From Gemmatimonadales bacterium (GTDB lineage: Bacteria > Gemmatimonadota > Gemmatimonadetes > Gemmatimonadales > GWC2-71-9): a stretch of DNA of 47,190 nucleotides. The position numbers and the translations under genes were made by a program. The notes under the pieces were generated by a model, which was not told the origin of the DNA, did no database searches, and saw nothing but the letters and a program-made list of their open reading frames with translations. The stretch spans positions 1 to 47,190 of the forward strand of contig DATFTG010000006.1 of assembly GCA_035262265.1 (NCBI GenBank), read 5' to 3'. This document shows positions 9,748 to 18,719 of the stretch, in pieces. Within the stretch, counting starts at the first letter, position 1, and each line of letters opens with the position of its first letter.

Positions 9748-11343
9748 TTGGAATCGTCGGTTCGTCCGTCCCCATCACCGATCGAGCCCGCCGTCGACTC
9801 CACCCAGGAGCCCGTCACACACGGGCGGCGCTGGACCACGCCGGCCGCCGGCTCACCGGTTCGGCTGCGACTCGATGTGCAACGGCGTGCGTATGCCAAT
9901 CTGCAACGCCACGTGGTGCGCGCGGCAACGCGCTTCGTGGTCCTGGTCGCCGCCGACCTCGCCTCATTCGGGGTGATGCGGGCCCTGATCCGGTTCATTC
10001 GCGATCCGAGCGTGTTCGGCTCCGGGCTGACCGCGTTGGCGCAGTTGGTCACACCGCCGGGGGTGCTCAACGGCTGGCAATACGCTTCGGCGCTGTTTGT
10101 CAGCCTGCTCGTGCTGGGCTGCTACGGAACAGGAGATCGGCGCCGCGACGTGCGGCGTCTGTTCGCCGCCGCGGCGCTGGCTACGGCGCTGCCGCTGTGG
10201 ATGACGATCTGGACGCGCGGGCTCGACGTGACGCTGCTGCAGTTCTCGCTGACGACCATTCTCGTGTGGGCGGGACTGGTGGGCGAGCGGCTCACCGTCG
10301 ACTGGGTGATCGATCGCGTGCGCGCGCCGGAGCGGGGGGCGCGGACGCTGTTCGTCGGCAGCGCGCCGCGCTGCGCCGAGGTGCAGGGCACCCGGGCCTT
10401 CAGCGATCCGCGCGAGTTCGTCTCCGTCGGGTTCGTCGACACCGACGTCCCACCGTCCCCGGACTCGCGCGGGCATCTCGTCGAGCTGGTGCGAGTGCTG
10501 CACGATTCCCGCGCCGAGGCGGTGGTGACGTGCGGGCAGCTGAGCGAGCCCCAGCTCGAGGAGGTGGCGCGCGCCGCGCTGTCGTCGGGCTGCCAGCTGC
10601 TGACCTTGCCGCGCGGTGTGGACATCCCCGGAGTGGTGCCGGCGATCGTGTGGCGGCGCGGACAGGCGCTGGTCACGCTCACCGCTCCGACCCTGCAGGG
10701 ATGGCAACTGGTGCTGAAGCGCGCGGTGGATGTCGTCGGCGCGGCGCTGCTCACGGTTCTTACCGCGCCGCTCATGGTGGTGATCGCGATCGCGATCCGG
10801 CTCGATTCGCCGGGGGGCATCTTCTTCCGGCAGGAGCGGGTCGGTACCGGCGGGCGGCGCTTCCAGGTGTTCAAGTTTCGCACGATGATCGCCGGGGCTT
10901 CCGACGCCGTGCACCGCGACCTCGTGAAACGGATGCTCGCGGGCGACGAGGACACGACGGCCTCGGCGAGCGCGGGCGGTCCCCGCGTGTACAAGCTGCT
11001 GCGGGACGACCGCGTCACGAGGGTCGGCCGCTTGCTGCGTCGCACGTCGCTCGACGAGCTGCCGCAGCTGTTCAACGTGCTCCTGGGACAGATGAGCCTC
11101 GTCGGTCCGCGGCCGCCGTTGCCGTACGAGATCGAGGCCTACGCCTTCTGGCAGTTCGACCGGCTGCAGGTGCGGCCGGGGATCACCGGGCTGTGGCAGG
11201 TTTCGGGACGCAACCTGCTGACCTACCGGCAGATGTGCGAGCTGGACATCGCCTATGTGCAGCGCTGGTCGCTGTGGCTCGATCTCAAGATCCTGCTGCG
11301 CACGATCCCCGTAGTGCTGTTCAACTCGGGTCGCGCCGCGTGA
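9748..11343 (+). CDS. Large exopolysaccharide polyprenyl glycosylphosphotransferase (WbaP/EpsL-type, 531 aa)
   Basis: TTG start preceded by AAGAGGAG at 9-nt spacing. Four or five N-terminal TM segments, a central Rossmann-like region, then C-terminal Bac_transf motifs FKFRTM, DELPQLFNVLLGQMSLVGPRP and PGITGLWQVSGR. Confidence 0.9.
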   Translation: MESSVRPSPSPIEPAVDSTQEPVTHGRRWTTPAAGSPVRLRLDVQRRAYANLQRHVVRAATRFVVLVAADLASFGVMRALIRFIRDPSVFGSGLTALAQLVTPPGVLNGWQYASALFVSLLVLGCYGTGDRRRDVRRLFAAAALATALPLWMTIWTRGLDVTLLQFSLTTILVWAGLVGERLTVDWVIDRVRAPERGARTLFVGSAPRCAEVQGTRAFSDPREFVSVGFVDTDVPPSPDSRGHLVELVRVLHDSRAEAVVTCGQLSEPQLEEVARAALSSGCQLLTLPRGVDIPGVVPAIVWRRGQALVTLTAPTLQGWQLVLKRAVDVVGAALLTVLTAPLMVVIAIAIRLDSPGGIFFRQERVGTGGRRFQVFKFRTMIAGASDAVHRDLVKRMLAGDEDTTASASAGGPRVYKLLRDDRVTRVGRLLRRTSLDELPQLFNVLLGQMSLVGPRPPLPYEIEAYAFWQFDRLQVRPGITGLWQVSGRNLLTYRQMCELDIAYVQRWSLWLDLKILLRTIPVVLFNSGRAA

Positions 11344-12389
11344 CGCGCGCGTGGCGCGTAGGGGTGATCGGGTGCGGGTACTGGGGCCCCAACCTGGTGC
11401 GCAACTTCGCGCGCCATGCGCACAGCGAAGTGCAGGCGGTGTGCGACGCGCGCTACGAGCGCGCCACGCGCGTTGCCGCGGAGTTCCGCATTCCCACCGT
11501 CACCGACCGCGTGGACGAGATCGTCGGCGCGCCGGACATCGACCTCGTCGTGATCGCGACGCCCTCGTTTACCCACTTCGATCTGGCGCGTGCGGCCATC
11601 GCGGCGGGCAAGCACGTCCTCGTGATGAAACCGCTCACCACGCGGACCGACCAGGCAGAAGAGCTGTGCGCGCTGGCCGAGCGGCAGGGGGTGCTGGTGG
11701 CGGTCGACCACACCTTCGTGTTCACCCCCGCCGTGTGCAAAATGCGCGAGCTCCTGGACCGCGGCGAGATCGGGGACCTCTACTATTTCGACTCGGTGCG
11801 CATCAACCTGGGTTTGTTTCAGACCGACATCAACGTCATCTGGGATCTCGCGCCGCACGACGTTTCGATCATGGACTACCTGATCCGCCAGGATCCCGTG
11901 GCGGTCGCCGCCGCCGGAGCTTCGCACGGCGGCAGTCCGACGGAGAACATCGCCTACGTCACCGTGCGCTACGCGGGATCGTTGCTGGGGCACATTCACG
12001 TGAACTGGCTCGCCCCCGCCAAGGTGCGCCGCACGATCGTCGGCGGCTCGAAGCGGATGCTGATCTACGACGACATGGAAGTGAGCGAGAAGCTGAAGGT
12101 CTACGACAAAGGCTTCTCCGTGTCTTCGTCACCCGAGAGCGAGTATCACCTGCTGATCAACTACCGCACCGGCGACATGCACGCGCCGCAGCTCGAGACG
12201 CGCGAGGCGCTGGCGGTGGAAGTCGACAACGTCGTGCGCGCGCTCGAAGGGAAGGAGCCGCTCATCGCGGACGGGCGGGCCGGGTGGCGCGTGGTGCGGA
12301 TTCTCGAAGCCGCGCAGCGGTCCATTACCGAGGGCGGATCGGCGGTGTCCGTCGCTTCGTCTCAGCGGGTGCCGGCGCGCGACGCATGA
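11340..12389 (+). CDS. Gfo/Idh/MocA-family NAD-dependent sugar-nucleotide 3-oxidoreductase (WbpB/WlbA-like)
   Basis: C-terminal 349 codons of track ORF 9699..12389. Start at GTG 11340, a GTGA overlap with the preceding stop. N-terminal Rossmann motif VGVIGCGYWGPNLVRNF plus EKP-like VLVMKPL. Confidence 0.85.
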   Translation: MTRAWRVGVIGCGYWGPNLVRNFARHAHSEVQAVCDARYERATRVAAEFRIPTVTDRVDEIVGAPDIDLVVIATPSFTHFDLARAAIAAGKHVLVMKPLTTRTDQAEELCALAERQGVLVAVDHTFVFTPAVCKMRELLDRGEIGDLYYFDSVRINLGLFQTDINVIWDLAPHDVSIMDYLIRQDPVAVAAAGASHGGSPTENIAYVTVRYAGSLLGHIHVNWLAPAKVRRTIVGGSKRMLIYDDMEVSEKLKVYDKGFSVSSSPESEYHLLINYRTGDMHAPQLETREALAVEVDNVVRALEGKEPLIADGRAGWRVVRILEAAQRSITEGGSAVSVASSQRVPARDA

Positions 12390-12895
12390 CCGAGCGGCCG
12401 GACCACGATGGTCGGTTCGTGCGCATCGCCCCGGATGTGCGGCTGGGTCGCGACGTGCGGATCCACGGGTTCGTCAACCTGTACGGATGCGAAATCGGCG
12501 ACGAAACGTCGATCGGCACGTTCGTGGAAATCCAGAAGGGCGTGAAGGTCGGCGCGCGCTGCAAGATTCAGAGTCACACCTTCATTTGCGAAGGCGTGAC
12601 GATCGAAGACGAAGTGTTCATCGGCCACAATGTGAATTTTCTGAACGATCGTTATCCCGCCGCGACGACAGGTGACGGACGGCCGAAGAGCGAGTCCGAT
12701 TGGCGGCTCGAGCGGACGTTGGTGAAGCGCCGGGCCGCCGTGGGGACGGGGGCGATCGTGCTGCCGGGCGTGGTCATTGGCGAGGGCGCTCTGGTCGGTG
12801 CAGGGGCGGTGGTAACCGAAAATGTGGCGAAGGGAGCGACCGTCGCCGGGAATCCGGCGCGGGAGGTGTCGAAAGGAAGCAGCGACAAGCCGTAG
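12386..12895 (+). CDS. Left-handed beta-helix (hexapeptide) N-acetyltransferase (WbpD/WlbB-like)
   Basis: C-terminal 169 codons of track ORF 11351..12895. ATG 12386 with an ATGA overlap. Hexapeptide repeats (IGDETSIGTFVEIQKGVKVGARCKIQSHTFICEGVTIEDEVFIGHNV...GAIVLPGVVIGEGALVGAGAVV). Confidence 0.85.
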   Translation: MTERPDHDGRFVRIAPDVRLGRDVRIHGFVNLYGCEIGDETSIGTFVEIQKGVKVGARCKIQSHTFICEGVTIEDEVFIGHNVNFLNDRYPAATTGDGRPKSESDWRLERTLVKRRAAVGTGAIVLPGVVIGEGALVGAGAVVTENVAKGATVAGNPAREVSKGSSDKP

Positions 12896-13188
12896 CAGAC
12901 TTGTTTGCGGTATTGCGTTTTTCGCCAGTTTTACCAAATTGGCCTACCGAGTTCTTCTTCGTTGAGTTGTTGCCGCGTATTGAGTTAGCAAAGTCCATAA
13001 CGGTTGTAAGGAAAAGGCTCACTTCTTGCCGAGAAGGCGAGCCTGCGGCGAGACGTCGCCGTACCGCGCGGGGGGCGCGGGCAGTCGTGGTCGGCTTCAC
13101 CGCCTCCCCATAACGAATTACTTGAGGAAGCCCCAGGTCAGGGCCGGATTCCAACGCGCCGGCCCCGGCCTCGTCTGCGGAACGCCCG

Positions 13189-15216
13189 ATGACGCTCTGG
13201 GGACGACGCACTGCTCTGGCAGCCGCGGTGGTGGCGACGGCGTGCCTGAACGATCCGGCCTCACCGGCGGTCGACCGGGTCGAGGTGCGGCCGGACACAA
13301 TCCGCTTCGTCGCGCTACATGACACACTGCGTCCCCTGGTCGTCGAGTACTACAGCACTATCGGTCCGTCGCCGCTCCACACCGCCTCCTATCGCATCCT
13401 CGACACGACGATCGCCACCGTAGCGGCAACAGGTTTGATCACATCGCGGGCGGTCGGGTGGACGCGCCTCTTGGTTCGGTCCCCAACCGGCGCGAGCGAT
13501 ACGGCTGTAGTCCTCGTCACGCAGAAGTTCGCTCGACTGCGGGCGGTACACGACACCGTCACGCTCGCTGCGCTCGAAGCCCTCGAGCCGCTCGGGGTCG
13601 TGGCGACAGATCCCCTCGGCTCGACGATTCCGAGCCTCACGCTGCAGTACAATGTCGCCGACACCGCGATTGCCAGCGTCGCGAGTCCCGGAATCGTTCG
13701 CGCCCGTGCCAACGGCACGACGACAGTGTCGGTCTCCCGCGATGACCAGTCTGCCGCCATCGTCGTGCGAGTGGCGCAACGGGTCACTCGGATCGCGACC
13801 GCAGGCGACACGATTCGATTCACTGCGCTCGAAGAAGCGATTCCCGTCGCCGCGCACCCGGTTGATTCCATGGGTTACCCGGTCACCGGCGTGGGCGGGC
13901 AGATCAGCCTCGCGGACACGACCATCGCCGTCGTCGAGGGCTCCTCCATCCGCTCCAAACGGAATGGGACGACCCAGCTGCAGTTCCAGGCGGGTGGACT
14001 GGAAGCCATTCAGGTCGTCGCGGTGGAGCAGGTGCCGGCCGGAATCGCCGTAACGTTCGACGACACCGTATCGATCCACTCGGTGTTCCTGGACTCCCTG
14101 ATCCCCGTCAATTGCCGCGTCGTCGACGCCAACGGCTACGCGGCTTCCGGCACACCGGTCGTCTTGCCCTCGAGCACTGGTCGGTGGAGCGGGTCGACGT
14201 GTGCGAGTCTCCGCGCGCAGGCGTCGGGCTGGGACACGCTGCGCTTCGCATTCGATTCCTTCGCGGCGAGCCTGCCCGTCGTCTTAGCGGTGCGACCGAT
14301 CGTCGGGGCGGTCGCACCTCTCGACGTCGACCAGATGCCGGCGGCGGCGGTGTGGGCGCCGTCCGCACGCCGCAACTCTCTGGGACAGATCGAAGTGTAT
14401 TTCGCGGGCTACGCGATCAGCCCCGACTCGACGGGGCACCAGGCGGCTGATCTTTACCGACTCGTATCGGACGACGGCCGGCGGTTCCGCTACGACAGCG
14501 TGGCGCTCACGCATGACCCGGACTACTGCGACCCGAATGGCTCCGGGATCGAGAGCGTCGCAATCGTTCCGCGCAACGATGGCCCGGGATGGAGAATGTT
14601 CTATGCCGGCGGCAGCTTCGATTGCTACGGCTGGCAGGTGTTCTCCGCCGTCTCCACCGATGAACGCACGTGGACGAAGGAGCCGGGGGTGCGCGTGAGC
14701 AACGGAGGATCCCTGCCGCCGAACCCTCCGAACGCCGCAGCGTGGCCGTCCGGCGAAGGGATCGTGATCGACTCGCAACCCGACGGCACCTGGCGCATGA
14801 CGGTCGGTTCCTACGAGCCCGTCATCCCGCGTGAAGACAAATTCCAGATCACCGAGTGGCATTCCAGCGACCAGCTGAGCTGGGTCTACGTGCGCAGTCT
14901 GGTGACGACGCGGCAGCTGCCGTCAGAAGGGCAACGCTCCGCCTACAGCCCGACGATCGCCCAGATCGCCCCCGGTTTGTGGCGCATGATCTTCACCGCC
15001 GACAATCTCAACCAGGCGGGCGGCCGCAGTCGCTTGTGGAGCGCAGTCAGCACCGACCGTGTTCACTGGTCGATCGAGGGCGAGATTCTCGGGGCTCCGG
15101 GCCTCAACTACCTTTATAGTGCGTTGGTCGGCGATCAGTTGTTCACGCTGCAGGCTCCTCAGGGGCCGCTGGTCAACTCGACGACGCTGGTGAGCGCCAC
15201 GGTGCAGATGCCCTAA
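13189..15216 (+). CDS. Secreted/lipoprotein-like protein: about four tandem Ig-like (Big_2-like) repeats plus a C-terminal Asp-box (BNR) beta-propeller, putative glycan hydrolase
   Basis: Signal AAAVVATAC. About 85-aa repeats, each ending ...DTxIAxV...G...R..A.G.T...V. The C-terminal half has recurring W-R-M-x-Y/F and S-x-D-x-x-x-W units (STDERTW, SSDQLSW, STDRVHW, VSDDGRRF). Confidence 0.7.
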   Translation: MTLWGRRTALAAAVVATACLNDPASPAVDRVEVRPDTIRFVALHDTLRPLVVEYYSTIGPSPLHTASYRILDTTIATVAATGLITSRAVGWTRLLVRSPTGASDTAVVLVTQKFARLRAVHDTVTLAALEALEPLGVVATDPLGSTIPSLTLQYNVADTAIASVASPGIVRARANGTTTVSVSRDDQSAAIVVRVAQRVTRIATAGDTIRFTALEEAIPVAAHPVDSMGYPVTGVGGQISLADTTIAVVEGSSIRSKRNGTTQLQFQAGGLEAIQVVAVEQVPAGIAVTFDDTVSIHSVFLDSLIPVNCRVVDANGYAASGTPVVLPSSTGRWSGSTCASLRAQASGWDTLRFAFDSFAASLPVVLAVRPIVGAVAPLDVDQMPAAAVWAPSARRNSLGQIEVYFAGYAISPDSTGHQAADLYRLVSDDGRRFRYDSVALTHDPDYCDPNGSGIESVAIVPRNDGPGWRMFYAGGSFDCYGWQVFSAVSTDERTWTKEPGVRVSNGGSLPPNPPNAAAWPSGEGIVIDSQPDGTWRMTVGSYEPVIPREDKFQITEWHSSDQLSWVYVRSLVTTRQLPSEGQRSAYSPTIAQIAPGLWRMIFTADNLNQAGGRSRLWSAVSTDRVHWSIEGEILGAPGLNYLYSALVGDQLFTLQAPQGPLVNSTTLVSATVQMP

Positions 15217-15239
15217 CGTCGCGGATAACCAGGACGGGT

Positions 15240-16376
15240 ATGCTCGACTCTGCAACTGCCGACTCGACGACCGCTGTCCCGTTTCTGGATTTGGTCGCGT
15301 CGCATCGGGCGCTGGAGCGTGAGTTGGTCGACGCCTTCCGCCGCGCCATCAAGACGGCGACGTTCGTGGGCGGCGCCGAAGTCGACGAATTCGAGCGGGA
15401 GTTCGCTGCGTTCGTCGGGTCTCCGGGCGCTGTCGCCGTAAGCAGCGGCACCGACGCGCTGCGCTTCGCCTATCAGGCCCTCGGCGTCCGTCCCGGCGAC
15501 GAAGTCATTACCGTCCCCAACACCTTCATTGCGACGACCGAGGCGTTGACGCAGGCCGGTGCTACGTGCCGCTTTGTCGACGTCAGACCGGACACCCTGA
15601 CCATCGATCCCGCTGCCGCTGCCGCGGCGGTCGGCCCTCGCACGGTTGGGATCGTCCCCGTTCATCTCTACGGCCAGATGGCCGACCTGGATCCGCTGCT
15701 CGAGCTGGCAGCCCGGCGCGGACTGTGGATCGTCGAAGATGCGGCGCAGGCACATGGGGCTAGTGACGGTGACCGATCCGCGGGGACGCTGGGTGCACTG
15801 GGCGCATTCAGCTTCTATCCGGGAAAGAACCTCGGTGCGTGTGGCGAGGGTGGGGCCGTGGTCGGTCGGTCGGCGGCGCACCTCGAGACCGTCCGCCGCT
15901 TGCGCGAGCATGGCCAGTCCCGCAAGTACATCCACGAAATCGAAGGATATAACGGCCGCATGGACGCCATTCAGGCGGCATTCCTGCGCATCAAGCTGTC
16001 CCATCTGGCCGAATGGAACGCCGCCCGCCGTCGTGTGGCCGGATGGTATTGCGAAGCCCTCGCTGACGTAGCGGAGATCCGCCTGCCTATCGAGCGACCC
16101 GGCGCGACACACGTCTATCACTTGTTCGTCATCCGCGCCGAACGTCGCGACGCCCTGCAACAGCATCTCACGGCCCGAGGCATCGGCACCGGCCTGCACT
16201 ATCCGGTGCCCTTGCATCTGCAGGCGGCCTATGCCGGGCTCCGTCTCGGGGTAGGAGCCTATCCGGTCACGGAGGCCGCTGCCCGGGAGATCCTTTCGCT
16301 GCCGCTCTATCCGGAGCTCACGATCGACCAGATCGGTCTCGTCGCCGACGCTATTCGAGTTTTTTACCGCTCATGA
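15240..16376 (+). CDS. DegT/DnrJ/EryC1/StrS-family PLP sugar aminotransferase (WbpE/WlbC-like)
   Basis: FLDL...ELxxAF, SSGTDAL, VPVHLYGQ, EDAAQAHG and SFYPGKNLGACGEGG motifs. Confidence 0.9.
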   Translation: MLDSATADSTTAVPFLDLVASHRALERELVDAFRRAIKTATFVGGAEVDEFEREFAAFVGSPGAVAVSSGTDALRFAYQALGVRPGDEVITVPNTFIATTEALTQAGATCRFVDVRPDTLTIDPAAAAAAVGPRTVGIVPVHLYGQMADLDPLLELAARRGLWIVEDAAQAHGASDGDRSAGTLGALGAFSFYPGKNLGACGEGGAVVGRSAAHLETVRRLREHGQSRKYIHEIEGYNGRMDAIQAAFLRIKLSHLAEWNAARRRVAGWYCEALADVAEIRLPIERPGATHVYHLFVIRAERRDALQQHLTARGIGTGLHYPVPLHLQAAYAGLRLGVGAYPVTEAAAREILSLPLYPELTIDQIGLVADAIRVFYRS

Positions 16377-17443
16377 CGGCGCCGCTGGCGCTGTTCTTCG
16401 GCACGCGTCCTCAAGTCATCAAGGCCGCCATTCTACGCGAGGCGCTCGCGAGCGCCGGTCCTGTGCTCGCTGTCGATTCCGGACAGCACTACGACTACGC
16501 GATGCATCAGGTGCACTACGACCAGCTGAACGTGCGTGCACCGGATGCTTTTCTCGACGTTGGCGCAGGTTCGCACGCGTCTCAGAGCGCGGCGCTGCTC
16601 ATCGCATGCGAAGCCTGGCTGGCAGCGCATCCGGTGCGGCTCGCCGTGGTGATCGGCGATACGAATACGACGCTTGCGTGCGCACTCGCCGCGGCGAAGC
16701 AACGCGTACCGGTCGCGCACGTGGAAGCCGGGCTCCGTTCCTCTGATCGTCTTATGGCGGAAGAGATCAACCGGCGCGTGGTGGATGCGGTGGCGCAATG
16801 GCTGTTCGCCCCGTGCGCTCGCGTCGCGGATGTGCTGCGTCGTGAGCAGCCCGGGGCGCACGTGGTCGACAGCGGTGACGTCGCGTACGATGTGCTGTGC
16901 CGGGCCTTGCCGAAAGCTCCCGCGATCGAATCCGTTCCCGGGTATCGCGCGGCGTGGGGTGGAGAATTCGTGTACTGCACCCTGCATCGAGCAGAGCTGG
17001 TGGACTCCCCTGATCAGTTGCAGGCCGTGATCGCGGGTCTGTCGCGATCGCCCCTCCCGGTGGTATTGCCGATCCATCCGCGCACCGCGGCAGCGCTCGA
17101 CCGCAGCGGGATCCGGCTCCCGGAACAGGTCCAGCGCTCGGATCCGGTAGGGTATCTCGAGAGTCTTGCTCTGCTGCGAGGCGCCGCCGTCGTGGTCACC
17201 GACTCCGGCGGACTGCAGCGCGAAGCATACTGGCTCGGCCGGCCGTGCATCACCGTCCGCGCTGAGACCGAATGGAGGGAAACCGTCGAGCTGGGGGCGA
17301 ACCGCCTGCTGCCGCCGGAATCCGCGTCACGGCTCGGGGAGGAGATCGCCGCGGCCCGCGGGCGACAGGCGACCTGGGAGCGGAACGCCTACGGGACGGG
17401 ACACGCCGCGCAACGTATTGCCACTCACCTGGCGGTCGCCTAG
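16373..17443 (+). CDS. UDP-N-acetylglucosamine (or derivative) 2-epimerase, non-hydrolysing family (WecB/WbpI/WlbD-like)
   Basis: FGTRPQVIKAA, VIGDTNTTLA, VAHVEAGLRS and TDSGGLQREA motifs. ATGA overlap with the aminotransferase gene. Confidence 0.85.
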   Translation: MTAPLALFFGTRPQVIKAAILREALASAGPVLAVDSGQHYDYAMHQVHYDQLNVRAPDAFLDVGAGSHASQSAALLIACEAWLAAHPVRLAVVIGDTNTTLACALAAAKQRVPVAHVEAGLRSSDRLMAEEINRRVVDAVAQWLFAPCARVADVLRREQPGAHVVDSGDVAYDVLCRALPKAPAIESVPGYRAAWGGEFVYCTLHRAELVDSPDQLQAVIAGLSRSPLPVVLPIHPRTAAALDRSGIRLPEQVQRSDPVGYLESLALLRGAAVVVTDSGGLQREAYWLGRPCITVRAETEWRETVELGANRLLPPESASRLGEEIAAARGRQATWERNAYGTGHAAQRIATHLAVA

Positions 17444-18657
17444 CCAGCCGCGATCAGCTGCTCGTACGTCGCGATCAGCCGGCTGCGCTCGCGATCCCAC
17501 GCGATATCCTGGACGTCTGCCTGCGCCCGTGCGGCACGGGTCCGGCGCTCCTCCGGGGTCGCTCGCGCAAACAGCGCGATTGCGCGAGCGAAGGCATCCG
17601 GGTCCCCTGCCGACCAGAACCAGGCCGCATCGCTGCGAAGGTACGCCGCATAGCTCGGCAGCCCCGCCGCGAGGACCGGCACACCGAGATGGACGTACTC
17701 CAGCAGCTTGTTGGAGAGGGAGTAGCGAGTCATCGCGTCGAGCCGTGTCGGGACGACGCCGGCGTCGGCGCGCGTGAGCCGCTCAGGCAGGGCGTGTCCG
17801 GAAATCGGGTCCTCGAACGCGACGAATCTGCCGGCACCGAGGTCTCGCGCCAGCCGCTCGAGCGCGTTGCGCTCTGGACCGTCCCCCAAAATGGTGAAGC
17901 GCGCGCGCACGCCACCGTCCACGGCCATTGTCACCCCGCGAATCGCGATGTCCAGTCCGTACAGGCGGGTGAGGGTGCCGTGGTAGATCAGTGAGATTCG
18001 CTCGTCCGGCCGGCCACGGTTGTCGGGAGCGCGCGCCGGCCCGAAATCGGTGGGATCCGTGGAGTTGTGAACCAGGATGATACGCTCCTCCCCATCCCGG
18101 CCCGGGCCGCGCGTCGCGAGCAGTGCGGCGATGGGCCGGTTGACCGTCACGACGACGTCCGCGCGGCGCCGAGCCTGACGCTCCAGCGCGCGCGCGATCC
18201 AGAACGCCAAGCGGCCGAGCGGGCCGGGATACTTCGCCAGCGCGAATTCGGGGAAAATCTCGTGCAGGTCGAGAATGATTCTGGCACCGCGCCGCCGGGC
18301 CGGAGTGGCAGCCCACACCAGGAAATCGGGGAGGGTGTGGACGTGGACGATCCGCACCTGCTGAAAGCGTTCATCGGTGGCGAGGAGGCGCCGGCAGCGC
18401 CTCACGAACGCGAGATATTCGAGCAGATAGCGGAGCGCTCCCCGACGGGTTTTGGCGCCGGGCAGGCGCACCACGCACAGCGGTCCGATCGCCTCCTCCG
18501 CCGGCTCATCGCGCTCGCGGTAGCAGACGACGGCGACCGCGCGGCCCGTCGCCGCTGCGGCCGTTGCTTCTCGCCGCACCCGAACGTCCGCCGGGAACGC
18601 CGTGAACGCGAGGTGGACGATCTCGAATCCCGGCTTCGTCACCGCAATGGCCTGCAT
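17440..18657 (-). CDS. GT4-family glycosyltransferase
   Basis: Start moved to ATG 18657 (MQAIAVTKPGFEIVHLAF...). The track start GTG 18759 would overlap the divergent asparagine synthase start. C-terminal GT-B motifs (IYHGTLTRLYGLD, FTILGDGPER, SNKLLEYVHLGVPVLA). Its stop overlaps the convergent epimerase stop in CTAG (17440-17443). Confidence 0.8.
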   Translation of the reverse strand: MQAIAVTKPGFEIVHLAFTAFPADVRVRREATAAAATGRAVAVVCYRERDEPAEEAIGPLCVVRLPGAKTRRGALRYLLEYLAFVRRCRRLLATDERFQQVRIVHVHTLPDFLVWAATPARRRGARIILDLHEIFPEFALAKYPGPLGRLAFWIARALERQARRRADVVVTVNRPIAALLATRGPGRDGEERIILVHNSTDPTDFGPARAPDNRGRPDERISLIYHGTLTRLYGLDIAIRGVTMAVDGGVRARFTILGDGPERNALERLARDLGAGRFVAFEDPISGHALPERLTRADAGVVPTRLDAMTRYSLSNKLLEYVHLGVPVLAAGLPSYAAYLRSDAAWFWSAGDPDAFARAIALFARATPEERRTRAARAQADVQDIAWDRERSRLIATYEQLIAAG

Positions 18658-18719
18658 GGCATCGCGCAAGAAGGGTAACTTGTGGCTTGACCGGAACCTA
18701 GCGAGCAGGAGCGGAAGCG

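Noticed and set aside
9699-11339. N-terminal 547 codons of the 896-aa track ORF 9699..12389
   Set aside because: It overlaps the well-supported phosphoglycosyl transferase (9748-11343) in another frame and is Arg/Ala-rich junk. The real oxidoreductase starts at GTG 11340 with a Rossmann motif a few residues in.
12896-13188. Riboswitch or small RNA in the 293-bp gap before the Ig-like/propeller gene
   Set aside because: Only short local hairpins (for example GGCTCaCTTCT...AGAAGgcGAGCC at about 13016-13043) and a TTGAGTT direct repeat are visible. Nothing matches a known riboswitch core that I recognise, so it is treated as a promoter/leader or an insertion scar.
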